64,000 nt of DNA, from positions 1,375 through 65,374 of the forward strand of contig CAMTUG010000001.1 of NCBI GenBank assembly GCA_947084965.1. Direction: 5' to 3'. Below are positions 18,499-29,033 of this stretch, one piece after another. Positions within the stretch are counted from its first letter, which is position 1. Each line of letters opens with the position of its first letter. The notes under the pieces are model-generated. The model worked only from the letters and a program-made list of their open reading frames with translations. It ran no database searches and was not told the origin of the DNA. Both the position numbers and the translations under genes were made by a program. The stretch comes from an uncultured Parcubacteria group bacterium (GTDB taxonomy: Bacteria; Patescibacteriota; Patescibacteriia; UBA9934; CAMTUG01).

Positions 18499-21336
18499 AT
18501 GAGTCGACCAAATTATTCGCAGAGGGAAGAGGAAATCCTGGAATTCTGGGAGAAAAACAAGGTTTTTGAGGAGACGATCAAAAAGGATGCACCCAAGGGC
18601 CCGTTTGTTTTTTACGAAGGTCCGCCGACGGCCAACGGCCGTCCGGGGATCCATCACGTCGAGAGCCGCGCTTTTAAGGACTGTATTCCGCGTTTCAAAA
18701 CGATGCAGGGGTATCACGTCGCCCGCCAAGGCGGCTGGGACACCCACGGATTGCCGGTCGAGCTTGAAGTAGAAAAGCAGCTTGGCTTCAGTGGGAAGAA
18801 AGAGATCGAAGCGTTCGGGATCGCGGAGTTCAATGCCAAGTGTAAAGAATCTGTTTGGAAGTATTTAGAGGACTGGAACAAGCTCACTCGTCGCATCGGG
18901 TTTTGGGTGGATTTGGAGCATCCGTATGTGACCTATCATCCGGAGTATGTCGAAAAGCTCTGGGGCGTTGTCAAAAAGATTTGGGATCGCGGATTGTTGT
19001 ATAAAGATTATAAAGTTATTCCGTTTTGTCCGCGCTGTGGAACGGCCCTTTCTTCTCATGAGCTCGCTCAAGGGTACAAGGATGTAAAAGACATCTCTGT
19101 CTTTGCCAAGTTCAAAGTGATCGGAGAAGAGAACACCTACTTTGTCGCTTGGACGACCACGCCGTGGACCTTGCCGGGGAACGTCGCACTTGCGGTCGGA
19201 CCAAAGATCGACTATGTGAAGGTGCGCGTTGGTGAAGAGTTGATCTGGATCGCCAAAGCGCGCGTCGAAGCGCTCATCAAAACGGAGTACGAAGTTGTTG
19301 AAGAGGCGACCGGGGAAACGCTCGTTGGAAAAGAATACGAACCGCTTTATCCGTTTTTGCGCGATGCGATCAAAGGGACGGACCAGGCCGAGAAAAAAGG
19401 GTGGTACGTCGTGCCCGCAGATTTTGTTTCGACAACCGATGGTTCCGGGATCGTGCACACCGCCGTCATGTACGGCCAGGATGACTTTGAACTTGGACAA
19501 AAAGTTGGATTGCCAAAGCATCACCTTGTGAAGCTCGACGGCACGTTTGTTGAAGGCACCGGGATTTTTACTGGACGTCATGTAACCGACGAAGATGTGG
19601 CGGTCGACGTGATCAAAGATCTTGCCGGACGCGGATTATTGTTTGGCAAAGAAAAGTACGAGCACTCCTACCCGCACTGCTGGCGCTGTAAGACCAAGCT
19701 CATCTACTACGCCAAGGATTCCTGGTACATCCGCATGTCGTCCTTGCGTGCGGAGTTGATTGCGGCCAACGAAACGATCAACTGGGAGCCGGCGCATATC
19801 AAAGAAGGACGCTTCGGTGAATGGTTACGCGAAGTGAAGGACTGGGCGTTCTCACGCGAGCGTTATTGGGGCACACCGCTACCGATTTGGGAGTGTCAGG
19901 AGTGTGATCATCGCACGTGCGTCGGTTCGTTTGATGAATTGAAAAAAATCGAAATTCGAAATTCGAAATCCGAAACAAATTCGAATGGAGAAGGCGAAAA
20001 GTCGGAATTCGACCCGCATCGTCCGTACGTCGACGAGATCAAATTGCCGTGTGAAAAGTGTAACGGCACGATGAAGCGCGTCCCAGAAGTCTGCGACGTC
20101 TGGTTTGATTCTGGCGCCATGCCCTGGGCGGCAGGGAATTATCCGCACGCCTTCCCAGCAGATTACATCTCCGAAGCGATCGACCAAACGCGCGGCTGGT
20201 TCTACACCTTACTCGCTGTGTCTGTGTTGATGGGCGAGGGGGCGCCGTACAAAAACGTCATCTGTTTGGGGCATTTGCTTGATGCGAACGGCAAGAAGAT
20301 GTCGAAGTCGCTTGGCAACATCGTCGACCCGAACGAGATGATCGAAAAGTATGGGGCCGACGCGGTGCGCTGGTACATGTACACGATCACTCAGCCAGGG
20401 GATTCGAAGCGGTTTGATGAAAAGACGTTGAACGAGATGGTGCAGAAGGTCTTCATGATCTTGAGCAACGTGAAGAGCTTTTATGATCTGTATGAGGATG
20501 AGGGAAAGAGGTTAGAGGAAAGAGGAGAGAAGACAGAAAATATTCTCGATCGCTGGATTCTCGCCAGGTTACATCTGTTAGTTAAAGAAACGACGGAACA
20601 GCTTGAGAACTATAAAATCACGGAACCAACCCGGGCGATCGGGGAGTTTATCAACGAACTGTCGACCTGGTACGTCCGTCGTTCACGCGATCGGATGAAA
20701 ACAGGGGAGGGGGTTGCGGTGCTTCGCGAGGTCTTGCTGACCGTCGCGAAGTTGATGGCGCCGTTCACCCCATTTTACGCCGAAGCGCTGTATCAGGATT
20801 TGAGTGGTGGAAAGAAGTCGGTGCACTTGGAGGACTGGCCGGTGGCTGACGCGACGTTGATTGATGAAGCATTGTTGAAAGAGATGGATCGTGCCCGCCA
20901 GATCGTGTCCATGGCTCTCGAAGCACGCGCGACGAGCAAACTGAACGTGCGCCAGGCCCTTGGTGGAATGACGGTGCAGGCACCGCAAGAAGTTTCAGCA
21001 GAGCTCATCGAGATTTTGAAAGATGAAGTCAACGTGAAGTCCGTGAGTTTTGTGAAAGGGGAGACTCTCTCCGTCGAACTCGACACGACGCTCACTCCAG
21101 AACTCATTCGCGAAGGATTGTCGCGCGAGGTGATTCGTATGGCGAACGCGGCTCGCAAAGAGGCGGGGTTGACCATCGAAGATCGCATCGCCCTGAGGAT
21201 TATCACCGAAGACGAAAACGTGAAGCTCGCGGCGGAAGAGCACAAGGCGGTGATTCTCGAAGGCACCCGCGCCAACGAACTTGTGGTTATGTCCGGCGCT
21301 GGTGATCCGTTCGCGATCTCGATTCAAAAACTGTAA
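18499..21336 (+). CDS. ileS: Isoleucyl-tRNA synthetase, type 2 (eukaryote-like, with a zinc-binding C-terminal region)
   Basis: HIGH region PPTANGRPGIHH, KMSKS motif, the Cys motifs CQECDH...CEKCNG and DVWFDSG. Confidence 0.95.
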   Translation: MSRPNYSQREEEILEFWEKNKVFEETIKKDAPKGPFVFYEGPPTANGRPGIHHVESRAFKDCIPRFKTMQGYHVARQGGWDTHGLPVELEVEKQLGFSGKKEIEAFGIAEFNAKCKESVWKYLEDWNKLTRRIGFWVDLEHPYVTYHPEYVEKLWGVVKKIWDRGLLYKDYKVIPFCPRCGTALSSHELAQGYKDVKDISVFAKFKVIGEENTYFVAWTTTPWTLPGNVALAVGPKIDYVKVRVGEELIWIAKARVEALIKTEYEVVEEATGETLVGKEYEPLYPFLRDAIKGTDQAEKKGWYVVPADFVSTTDGSGIVHTAVMYGQDDFELGQKVGLPKHHLVKLDGTFVEGTGIFTGRHVTDEDVAVDVIKDLAGRGLLFGKEKYEHSYPHCWRCKTKLIYYAKDSWYIRMSSLRAELIAANETINWEPAHIKEGRFGEWLREVKDWAFSRERYWGTPLPIWECQECDHRTCVGSFDELKKIEIRNSKSETNSNGEGEKSEFDPHRPYVDEIKLPCEKCNGTMKRVPEVCDVWFDSGAMPWAAGNYPHAFPADYISEAIDQTRGWFYTLLAVSVLMGEGAPYKNVICLGHLLDANGKKMSKSLGNIVDPNEMIEKYGADAVRWYMYTITQPGDSKRFDEKTLNEMVQKVFMILSNVKSFYDLYEDEGKRLEERGEKTENILDRWILARLHLLVKETTEQLENYKITEPTRAIGEFINELSTWYVRRSRDRMKTGEGVAVLREVLLTVAKLMAPFTPFYAEALYQDLSGGKKSVHLEDWPVADATLIDEALLKEMDRARQIVSMALEARATSKLNVRQALGGMTVQAPQEVSAELIEILKDEVNVKSVSFVKGETLSVELDTTLTPELIREGLSREVIRMANAARKEAGLTIEDRIALRIITEDENVKLAAEEHKAVILEGTRANELVVMSGAGDPFAISIQKL
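19948..19988 (+). repeat. In-frame CGAAATY heptamer repeat inside ileS
   Basis: ATCGAAATTCGAAATTCGAAATCCGAAACAAATTCGAATG encodes IEIRNSKSETNSN. It matches the intergenic repeat at 15231-15262 almost unit for unit. Confidence 0.6.
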
Positions 21337-21339
21337 GGC

Positions 21340-22203
21340 ATGCTCCAGCATCTGAACCGCAAAACGACAGTGCTCCTTGTTCCGCAAAATGATGCGGAGG
21401 CGGTGATGATTTTGCAGATCGCCACCAAGTTGAATATCCAAACACTCGTCTCTGGCCAACCCCACGGCGCGCGGTTGGAGCACGAACCAGATCTTTTTGA
21501 ACGTCTGCGCGAAACAGGGAAGGATGATGTGGTCATTGTGGAGATCCCGGGGCCAGGTACAGAAGCGCAACTCAAAAAGTCCGGCTTCACCGTACATATC
21601 ATCGACCATCATCGCTACGACGATATCGATCGCATGACTGACCCGGATTCTGGAGCGGCTTTGCCGAGCTCGCTTGAACAGTTTTTGATCGCGTTTGACA
21701 TTACAGACACAGAACTGGCGAGTGTTGGATTCAATCCACGCCTGGTGCGCGGTGTTGGTGCTGTGGACCGTGGGTTTATTTGGGCCTTGGAACGCGACGG
21801 ATATTCCGAAGAGGAAGTGAAGGTCGTGGGAAAGTATGTTCGCGAACTTTCGCGTTTAGCTCGCGGGGATGAAAAGACAGAAATGAACGAAGCGGCAGCG
21901 CTTGAGGCATGGGAGGCGCGGACGACCGCTGGCGACTACGTTCTTGTTCGAAGTGACGAGCCAAAAGCGGAGATTCGTCCAGTCGTTTCGCTTCTGGCCG
22001 CTGAGGCGTTTGGCAAACCAACCCCGATGATTATCGCTTCCCGCGGGGAGCTCCTGATCTACGTTCAAGAAACACCCAAAGCGCTTGATCTGTTCAATAA
22101 GTTTGGCGGTTTCACCTTTGGCCAAGACACCTGCTGGGGCTACAACAACGCCATGGGCAAGGAAAAAGTTTCCGTTAAAGATATCATCGATTTTTTGGTA
22201 TAA
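21340..22203 (+). CDS. Hypothetical protein
   Basis: 287 aa starting 4 nt after the ileS stop. It contains a weak DHH-like string (VHIIDHH), but I cannot place it in a family. Confidence 0.5.
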   Translation: MLQHLNRKTTVLLVPQNDAEAVMILQIATKLNIQTLVSGQPHGARLEHEPDLFERLRETGKDDVVIVEIPGPGTEAQLKKSGFTVHIIDHHRYDDIDRMTDPDSGAALPSSLEQFLIAFDITDTELASVGFNPRLVRGVGAVDRGFIWALERDGYSEEEVKVVGKYVRELSRLARGDEKTEMNEAAALEAWEARTTAGDYVLVRSDEPKAEIRPVVSLLAAEAFGKPTPMIIASRGELLIYVQETPKALDLFNKFGGFTFGQDTCWGYNNAMGKEKVSVKDIIDFLV

Positions 22204-22206
22204 TGC

Positions 22207-23217
22207 GTGCGTCGTATGGAGACGCATCACCTGGCTGTCGTTGCTAATCAGATCGAGCATGATCAAACCCTCGCGGCGCGCGCCGACGAGATCTTAACGC
22301 GTTGGCAGAACGAACCGTTATTTGGTGGGTTGTTCGAAACGCCGCAATCAGCTGGCTACCACGCCGAAGGGCCGACGGTGCGATCGCACGTGCGACTGAT
22401 CCTCACGTCCCTTTTTGCTATTCTCGACGGCAAAGTACACCTCCTAGAGATCGAAGAGTTTGCCCGGCTTAAAGGCTACGGTGCTGAGATTCAAGAAATG
22501 GAAGATACGATCAAAGAGAACGCGGCAACGTTCGAGGTGTTTGCCTTGGTCCACGATCTTGGCAAGCAGTTTCGGGTGTCGATTGATGATCAGGACAACA
22601 TTCACTATCACGGGCATGCCAAAGATATCTGGCGGCCGGACGTGCAGGCGGTTCTTGGTAAACTTGCCGAGGCGTATCGGTTGAATGAACGTGACGTGAA
22701 GCTTCTTAATCACTTGGTTGCTGAGCACATGGATCCACTCCATCGATTAAACGGTGGACACGATCCGAAACATGTCGACACGTTGGCCAGGTACGCTCAG
22801 CATCACGGCCTCGATGCCGATGATTTTATTGATGCGCTCCAAGCGGGGGTTTTACTCGATCAGGTTTTTGGTTCGCGCCAGTTAAAAGGTGGGAAGTATT
22901 TCACCCGACATGAACACCTGGTGAACTTTTTTATTGCCGAGGGGGAATATGCGCCGTGGAAGCGCGAGAAGCACGAACGAGATATGGCCGAGCGGCATCG
23001 TCGGGAGGAGCACAAGGTGCTCGAGGCTGTTGGGCTTGATGGTCATGGGCTTATGAAGCTCACAGGGATGCATCCTGGCAGGGAATTGGGGGTTCTGGTA
23101 AAAGAGGTAGTGTCCGCCGTTCGTGGTGGGGAGTTGCCATCTCCGGCTGATTCATGGAAAGATGAGCTGGCTCGAAGGATTTCGATCGCGCGGGAGAAGT
23201 TAGGTGCCTCAAAATAG
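22207..23217 (+). CDS. HD-domain phosphohydrolase-like protein
   Basis: An H...HD...H...D pattern in SHVRL, LVHDLGK, HYHGH and EHMD. It starts 4 nt after the upstream stop. Confidence 0.55.
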   Translation: MRRMETHHLAVVANQIEHDQTLAARADEILTRWQNEPLFGGLFETPQSAGYHAEGPTVRSHVRLILTSLFAILDGKVHLLEIEEFARLKGYGAEIQEMEDTIKENAATFEVFALVHDLGKQFRVSIDDQDNIHYHGHAKDIWRPDVQAVLGKLAEAYRLNERDVKLLNHLVAEHMDPLHRLNGGHDPKHVDTLARYAQHHGLDADDFIDALQAGVLLDQVFGSRQLKGGKYFTRHEHLVNFFIAEGEYAPWKREKHERDMAERHRREEHKVLEAVGLDGHGLMKLTGMHPGRELGVLVKEVVSAVRGGELPSPADSWKDELARRISIAREKLGASK

Positions 23218-23229
23218 ATGTTCTCGAAC

Positions 23230-23261
23230 TTTTTGAGCACTAAAAGTAGTCAAAAAGTTGC
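23230..23261 (+). repeat. 32-nt element TTTTTGAGCACTAAAAGTAGTCAAAAAGTTGC, copy 1
   Basis: Perfect reverse-complement identity with 30273-30304. It contains an internal inverted repeat, TTTTTGA...TCAAAAA. It lies 21 nt upstream of the ruvA ATG. Confidence 0.7.
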
Positions 23262-23282
23262 ATCTCATTGTTTTTCGAATAC

Positions 23283-23831
23283 ATGATCTCTTCACTCACT
23301 GGCATAATCAGTTATCACGGCCTCGGCTACGTCATTATTGATGTGGCCGGGGTTGGCTATCGCGTCACCTTACCTGAGCACATCGCCCACGGCCTTTCGG
23401 GGTGCCTGACGATTTTCACCCATGATGCTCAACGTGATGATGGTCGTGAATTATTTGGATTTACTCATATCAAAGGACTCGAGTTGTGTTGGCGGTTGAT
23501 TGAAGTCTCTGGCGTTGGCCCCAAAATGGCGCAGAAGATTATTTACGGTGCACGTGATATCGAAGAGGCGGCGAGTAAAATCGATCTCGGTGACGTTGAG
23601 TTTTTGTCAGGTATCCCTGGTGTTGGCAAGAAGACCGCTCAGAAAATTATTCTGGAGTTGCAAGGAAAGCTCGTTGCCGCACCGGACTCGCAGGTGGACG
23701 AAGATGCCCTGACCGCGCTCATGGGCCTAGGCTATACAAAGATGGCGGCGGAAGCGGCATTATCCGGTCTCGATCGCACGCTTTCGACGGATGAAAAGAT
23801 TCGTGCCGCTCTCAAAGGGCTCGGACGCTAA
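23283..23831 (+). CDS. ruvA: Holliday junction branch migration complex subunit RuvA
   Basis: The N-terminus MISSLTGIISYHGLGYVIIDVAGVGYRV and the HhH motifs GIPGVGKKTAQKII. I chose the internal ATG at 23283. Confidence 0.85.
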   Translation: MISSLTGIISYHGLGYVIIDVAGVGYRVTLPEHIAHGLSGCLTIFTHDAQRDDGRELFGFTHIKGLELCWRLIEVSGVGPKMAQKIIYGARDIEEAASKIDLGDVEFLSGIPGVGKKTAQKIILELQGKLVAAPDSQVDEDALTALMGLGYTKMAAEAALSGLDRTLSTDEKIRAALKGLGR

Positions 23832-23833
23832 TT

Positions 23834-24688
23834 ATGGATACGCTTCGCTCCGGCGCTTTCCTACAGTCCCGCGGTTGGATGGAGATCCAGGCGCGGATAG
23901 GGAACGTCGTTCAAAAGGGGATGATTCGGCAAAAGCTCGGGCCGTTTTTTTATTGGTACGTCCCGCGAGCGATGCCGCCAAAGATTGATTTTGGCAAGGC
24001 GCTCTTTGTTCGTTTTGATCCTCCCGCGGAAGGAGGAACGGTTGAGATAAAGGAGCTGCGTGCGGCACCGCACGACGTCCAACCGCGAACGACGATTATT
24101 CTGGATCTTAAAAAAACAGAAGAGGAGCTTCAGGCAGAAATGCATCAGAAGTGCCGTTATAATATTCGCGTTGCCGAGCGCGAAGGGGTGCGAGTGGAAA
24201 AGCACGGGATCGAGGCGTTCGATATCTTTTACGATCTCCTGACGCAAACGGCGTCACGAGACAAATTTCGCGGCCACACCAAGGAGTATTACGCGAATCT
24301 TCTTGAGCCAACGTCAGATCCAGAACTCAACATCTTTCTCGCGATCGCCTACGTGGACGACGCTCCAGCCGCCGCGGCGATGATTTGCGATTACGGTACG
24401 ACTCGCACCTATTTGCACGGCGCGTCCAATTACGGGTTGCGCGACAAGATGGCTCCCTTTGGATTGCACTGGCATCTGATCCAAGACGCCAAAGCAAAAG
24501 GCTTCACTCAGTACGACTTTTGGGGGATCGCCCCGACGGATAACCCGAAAGAGTCACTGGCCGGTGTTACCCGCTTTAAAAAGTCCTGGGGAGGGGAGAT
24601 CGTACGATACCCACAGACGATGGATTTGATCTTGCGACCGTTTGCTTATAGGATGTATCGGCTCCTGCACCGCCTCTTGCGCCCGTAG
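23834..24688 (+). CDS. FemAB-family aminoacyltransferase (peptidoglycan interpeptide-bridge formation)
   Basis: KCRYNIRVAEREGV resembles the FemAB/FemX core motif. The stop codon overlaps the first 10 nt of tRNA-Arg. Confidence 0.55.
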   Translation: MDTLRSGAFLQSRGWMEIQARIGNVVQKGMIRQKLGPFFYWYVPRAMPPKIDFGKALFVRFDPPAEGGTVEIKELRAAPHDVQPRTTIILDLKKTEEELQAEMHQKCRYNIRVAEREGVRVEKHGIEAFDIFYDLLTQTASRDKFRGHTKEYYANLLEPTSDPELNIFLAIAYVDDAPAAAAMICDYGTTRTYLHGASNYGLRDKMAPFGLHWHLIQDAKAKGFTQYDFWGIAPTDNPKESLAGVTRFKKSWGGEIVRYPQTMDLILRPFAYRMYRLLHRLLRP

Positions 24689-24755
24689 CTCAGTTGGATA
24701 GAGCGTCTCCCTCCGAAGGAGAAGGTCAGACGTTCAAGTCGTCTCGGGCGCACCA
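24679..24755 (+). tRNA. tRNA-Arg(CCG)
   Basis: Cloverleaf GCGCCCG...anticodon loop CTCCGAA...T-loop TTCAAGT...CGGGCGC-ACCA. Confidence 0.9.
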
Positions 24756-24790
24756 AAAAAGATCCTCAGGTGAGGATCTTTTTTGTTTTC
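24756..24790. terminator. Stem-loop AAAAAAGATCCTCAGGTGAGGATCTTTTTTG between tRNA-Arg and the convergent gene
   Basis: An 8-bp stem, GATCCTCA/TGAGGATC, flanked by an A-run and a T-run. Confidence 0.7.
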
Positions 24791-24799
24791 GCGCTGGCG

Positions 24800-26647
24800 C
24801 TATTCGACCACCGCCCCTTTGCCGGCGGCGTCGGGATCATCACTTAGGTCGGTTGTGATGATACTCCCGGTGCGTTGGAGGCGGGCGCCGGTGGCGCTGT
24901 CTGTTGCCGAAAGGATCGATTCATTTTGTAACTTAACGAATTTTCCTACCTCCCCAGCCGTTGGGGTGATCGCCAGATCAAATACGGCGCTCACAGTTGG
25001 AACAGAGGTCGGGAGGCGGTCGATCTTCCAGGTGAGAAGACGCGTCGCTTCGTCAAAGGTCAGTGTACCGATGTCCGTCCCTTTGTCGCCGAGATAGGCA
25101 ACGTTTGGCGGGATCGTCGTGGTGAGTAAAACTTCGTCCAGGGCATGGACGCTATTTTCGATGCTCCAGGTCAGGCGATAACTCGTCGTGCTTCCCACCT
25201 GCGGCGGGAGAGGGCCGCTGCCCACAGGAGTACCGTCTAGATAGTAGTAAGCGGTCGTCAGCAGCGCGGCTTCGGTATTGAGAGCGATCGTGAGGGGCGA
25301 GCTTGAGATGCTGCGGATGGCGGCCGTTCCCCCGATCGTCTCGACACCGGCCGTGGCGGTCAGAACGATCTGATCACTCGCGCTGTTCAGGTCGGTCAGC
25401 AGGGGCAGGGAAAGGTCAATCGTTTCGCGTTCACCTCCGGGGAGGAGCCCGAGGTTGGCAAGAGAAGAGCTTTTCCAGTTGATCACGTTCTCGTTTCGCA
25501 CCCCACCGGATAGATCCGCCGCACCCCAGTTGATGAGACGAGAGTCGGAAAGCTGTAAGGCCATGGAAAGTCCGCCGATCTCTGCCTCCTCACCGTTGGT
25601 CACATCGATCGACAGGCGCAAGGCTTTACCGAGATCCGCTGTCTGATCGTCCGTTGATCCGTTGGCGATCAGACGAAGAGCGATCCCGCCACCAACGACG
25701 TCGGTTTGAATATCGCTGGTCGTTTGTTCAAGGAATCGATCATCGCGCATCACCCCGGATTTCACGTTCAATGTGTAGAGGCCATTGGTATCTGACGCAT
25801 AGGTGCCACTGACCGTGATCGTCATTTCTGTGTCTGCGGCCAGCTCTGTAATCACCCATTCTTTTGTGCCGTTCATCGGTGCCGGATCGGTTGATGCGAC
25901 AAGGAAAGCTTCAGAGAAGGTGAAACGCACACGTAGATCTCGTAAAACCTCGGTGCTCGTATTTTTCAGGGTGTAGAGATAGCTGACGGGGTTTCCTGGA
26001 GTCGTTGTTTCTGCTCCGGTCACGCTCGCAAGAACGGCAGAATCGGAGACACTGATCGAATGGGTAGCGATGTCCTGGAAGTCGGCATTAAAATTGGCAG
26101 GGCGATAGGTGGCGATCGCCTGTAAGGTGTGGGCCGACGGAACCGGATCGATCCAGATCCCTTTAAGGCGGATGATGTCATCGCTTCCGGCGGTCATTGA
26201 GCCGATCGTCCAGATGTACGGTTCGCTTGTCGGGGCAGGATCAAGGGTGGTCACCTGAAACCCGGCCGGGATACTGAGCTTAATTTCGAGAGAGGCAAGG
26301 GGAACATCGCCACTATTTGCGTAGGCGATGTCAAAAATAGCTTCGCCGCCGCTTGTAATATCTGTCGGTCCTTGAATTTCAAGGGCCAAGGGACGGTCCG
26401 TTCCGGCAAACAGATTTTGGAAAAGGAGAAATCCGGCCCAGGCGACCAGAGCAAGCAGACCGATCGTCACGGTCAGCCAGATAAGGACACGTGTTAAGGT
26501 GCTTTTTTTCTTCACTTCAAGTTTGGTGAAGTCGATCGGCTCAGCTTCCTGGCCGTCGGTCGATCCGTAGATTGCTTGCAGTTCCTGCTCGATCGTCGCT
26601 TCAAGTTTTTTTCTTCGTAGCATATTATTTGAACAAGACGGCAGCAA
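24800..26647 (-). CDS. Membrane-anchored extracytoplasmic protein with repeated beta-sandwich-like domains
   Basis: One N-terminal TM helix (VLIWLTVTIGLLALVAWAGFLLF). After it the sequence is rich in Thr, Ser and Gly with a repetitive architecture. It overlaps the DUF4012 gene by 23 nt. Confidence 0.5.
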   Translation of the reverse strand: MLPSCSNNMLRRKKLEATIEQELQAIYGSTDGQEAEPIDFTKLEVKKKSTLTRVLIWLTVTIGLLALVAWAGFLLFQNLFAGTDRPLALEIQGPTDITSGGEAIFDIAYANSGDVPLASLEIKLSIPAGFQVTTLDPAPTSEPYIWTIGSMTAGSDDIIRLKGIWIDPVPSAHTLQAIATYRPANFNADFQDIATHSISVSDSAVLASVTGAETTTPGNPVSYLYTLKNTSTEVLRDLRVRFTFSEAFLVASTDPAPMNGTKEWVITELAADTEMTITVSGTYASDTNGLYTLNVKSGVMRDDRFLEQTTSDIQTDVVGGGIALRLIANGSTDDQTADLGKALRLSIDVTNGEEAEIGGLSMALQLSDSRLINWGAADLSGGVRNENVINWKSSSLANLGLLPGGERETIDLSLPLLTDLNSASDQIVLTATAGVETIGGTAAIRSISSSPLTIALNTEAALLTTAYYYLDGTPVGSGPLPPQVGSTTSYRLTWSIENSVHALDEVLLTTTIPPNVAYLGDKGTDIGTLTFDEATRLLTWKIDRLPTSVPTVSAVFDLAITPTAGEVGKFVKLQNESILSATDSATGARLQRTGSIITTDLSDDPDAAGKGAVVE

Positions 26648-29033
26648 AGGCGTCGGTCACTCCATCAACGATCATGCCATCGTGAAAGAGCGCATCGTCG
26701 GATGACCAAGCAACACCAAGCGTGTCTGCAAGGTGTGTTGTTACTCGGATGGTGCGCGTTTCTACCCCTGGCTGTTTTTGAATGAACAACGTATAGCGCT
26801 CATGCGAGGAGAGCCCGAGCCAGTCCATCGTCTTTTCGAACAATCCCGGATCTCCTTGGGTGTCAATCGTGAACGGTAAGCGATAGGTGAATTGGATGCG
26901 CGATGTGCTCCCTGGTTTTGTTTGTACCCAGCCGCCGAAGACTTCTTTACCGAATTCGTTCCAGGTATCGACCCCACTCGCCGGGTCTGTACGGAGCGCA
27001 TTCATCACGAGTGTCAGATCCGCGTCCTCTTCCAAGGGGAGTTCAGAATCTTCGAAGAGGGATGACGCTGGAGGGGCAAAGTCACCAGACGCGTTGAGGA
27101 GTATTGCGCCTTGTGGAACGTACAGCCGAAGATAATCAACGTTGTTGACCCCGGAAAAAAGATCGTTTTTGATTCCGCGGTGGGCCCGTCCGATCGTCAC
27201 GGTGTTGATGATTTCACCAGCCGCGTCGATCGAGACGTCCAACGTGATGTCTTGATCGATCACGGTGTCTGTTTTTCCGCCGCCCAAGTTGGTGTCAACG
27301 ATCATCAGATAGTCACCGTCTGTCTGTCGGATCTCTCCAGCCCACCCTAAATCGTAAACGGTCTTCATCAGTGCATCGTCCGTGAAGTAGAGCTGAATAT
27401 CACGTTGATTGAGCCCCTGTCCCACGGCCTGGAGGGTGGAGAGGAACGTCGAGGTGTCGGCGTTTGTGACACGATCGAGAAGTTTTGGAGCGAGGTCGGC
27501 GATAAACTGTTTTGGCCGGTTTTCTTCTTGGTCGTATTCCAGCTCAACGATTTTTTGTGTTTCAAACAAGAAGTTTTCCGTATCGATCGTACGGTCATAC
27601 TCTGGCATGTCGATCGGCCCGAGAAGGGCGAGGACGTCGGCGATGTAGGTGGCGTTCACCGCGATCACGCCATCTACGGTCGGGCCACCGGCCATTTCAT
27701 AAAACCACAGAAGCTTCTTCGCGCTGGTCGGGAAATCCGGGAACCAGTTGCCGTCCTGAAATTCCCAACGGGCGTTGAGAAGTTGGATTGGACGCGGAGC
27801 TTTGACAAAGGCGCTGAGCGATCCTTGCAAATCGTACGTACCGCCGCCTGGGATCGTCATGCCCGTAATTTTCCCATCAGCGACGGTCATCTCGGCGTAC
27901 GAGCCAAGGAAGCCGCCGGTCGGGCGCAACTCTGTGTTGTTTTGAAAAAGAACGAGGTAGCGCATGGGTCCGTCCGCTCCAAGAAGGGCGCGCAGGGTCT
28001 GGTTGAAGGTCAGGAACTCATGGACCGAGGCACTCAGTTCAGGAAGGCGTGTTTTGAGTTCCGCAATCAACGCTTGGTGCTCGGGTCCGAGTGCTTCGGA
28101 CTCGACCTTATCCATGCGTTCGCTTGCGTCACTGAGAAGTGGTTCTGCACGTTCGAGGTAGGTTGTTAAGATATCGAGTTTTACAACGGGAGAGTCTGTC
28201 ACCGTGTTTCGAACTTCGTTCATGGCACTGGTCATCAGCCCGCCGGCTTTGGCCAGGCGTTCGCCAGCCTGGGTCAAAGCGAGCGATGTGGTGTAGGTGT
28301 CGCTCGTGCCAGGAAGGATGGCCAGGAGCGTTCCGACCGTGCCGGAGAGGGAAGTGATCGTTGCCTCTGCAGCAGCGAAGTGATTGCTGGCAGAGTCAAA
28401 GTCGGTTGTGGCTAACGTAAAGTCCTGTCCAGCCGCCGCGGCGGTAGCGCGGGTAAAGTTTTGCAGTGCCGACGCCCCGCGGGCGATAGCAGACGTTTCA
28501 CTCTGGCGAGCGTCTGAGTATCCTTGCATCGCATGGATCGGGAGGACGAGGACGAATGAAAGACCGACAAAAGCCGCGATCGTGCGGGCGAATGAACGAT
28601 GGAAAGGAGTAAGTGGTAAGCGGTACGTGGAGACGCTCGTGTCTCTGCTTACCACTTTCTGCTTACCGCTTTCCTCTCCGAAAAACTCAACGACATCCGC
28701 TTCGTCGGCGTACGATTCAACAGTGTCAAAGTCCGGCAGATCCATGGCGACGAACGCCTCCTCGAGCGCCTCTTCGTGAGCCCTGACCAGTTCATTGGCA
28801 AAGGTTGGTGAGAGGACGGGGGTGACTGGCATCTCCTCTCGATCCGTAAAATCATCTTCAGAGCGCTGGATCGCCGTGTCGTCGCTGGTGATGAGGAGGG
28901 GGTCGATCGGGGAGGGGGTCACAAGGGGATCCGAAGCACGCAGCTCTTCGCGGCGCAAATCAATAACATACGGCGAGCGCGGGGCTTCTTTGCCGATGTG
29001 CAGATGTAGCTTTTTATCCTCCGAATTGCTCAT
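26625..29033 (-). CDS. DUF4012-domain protein
   Basis: YLVLFQNNTELRPTGGFLGSYAEM matches the DUF4012 signature. It has one TM helix. I set the start at the ATG of MSNSEDKK, within ±1 nt. The low-complexity 5' extension in the ORF track overlaps the GT gene in another frame. Confidence 0.65.
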   Translation of the reverse strand: MSNSEDKKLHLHIGKEAPRSPYVIDLRREELRASDPLVTPSPIDPLLITSDDTAIQRSEDDFTDREEMPVTPVLSPTFANELVRAHEEALEEAFVAMDLPDFDTVESYADEADVVEFFGEESGKQKVVSRDTSVSTYRLPLTPFHRSFARTIAAFVGLSFVLVLPIHAMQGYSDARQSETSAIARGASALQNFTRATAAAAGQDFTLATTDFDSASNHFAAAEATITSLSGTVGTLLAILPGTSDTYTTSLALTQAGERLAKAGGLMTSAMNEVRNTVTDSPVVKLDILTTYLERAEPLLSDASERMDKVESEALGPEHQALIAELKTRLPELSASVHEFLTFNQTLRALLGADGPMRYLVLFQNNTELRPTGGFLGSYAEMTVADGKITGMTIPGGGTYDLQGSLSAFVKAPRPIQLLNARWEFQDGNWFPDFPTSAKKLLWFYEMAGGPTVDGVIAVNATYIADVLALLGPIDMPEYDRTIDTENFLFETQKIVELEYDQEENRPKQFIADLAPKLLDRVTNADTSTFLSTLQAVGQGLNQRDIQLYFTDDALMKTVYDLGWAGEIRQTDGDYLMIVDTNLGGGKTDTVIDQDITLDVSIDAAGEIINTVTIGRAHRGIKNDLFSGVNNVDYLRLYVPQGAILLNASGDFAPPASSLFEDSELPLEEDADLTLVMNALRTDPASGVDTWNEFGKEVFGGWVQTKPGSTSRIQFTYRLPFTIDTQGDPGLFEKTMDWLGLSSHERYTLFIQKQPGVETRTIRVTTHLADTLGVAWSSDDALFHDGMIVDGVTDAFAAVLFK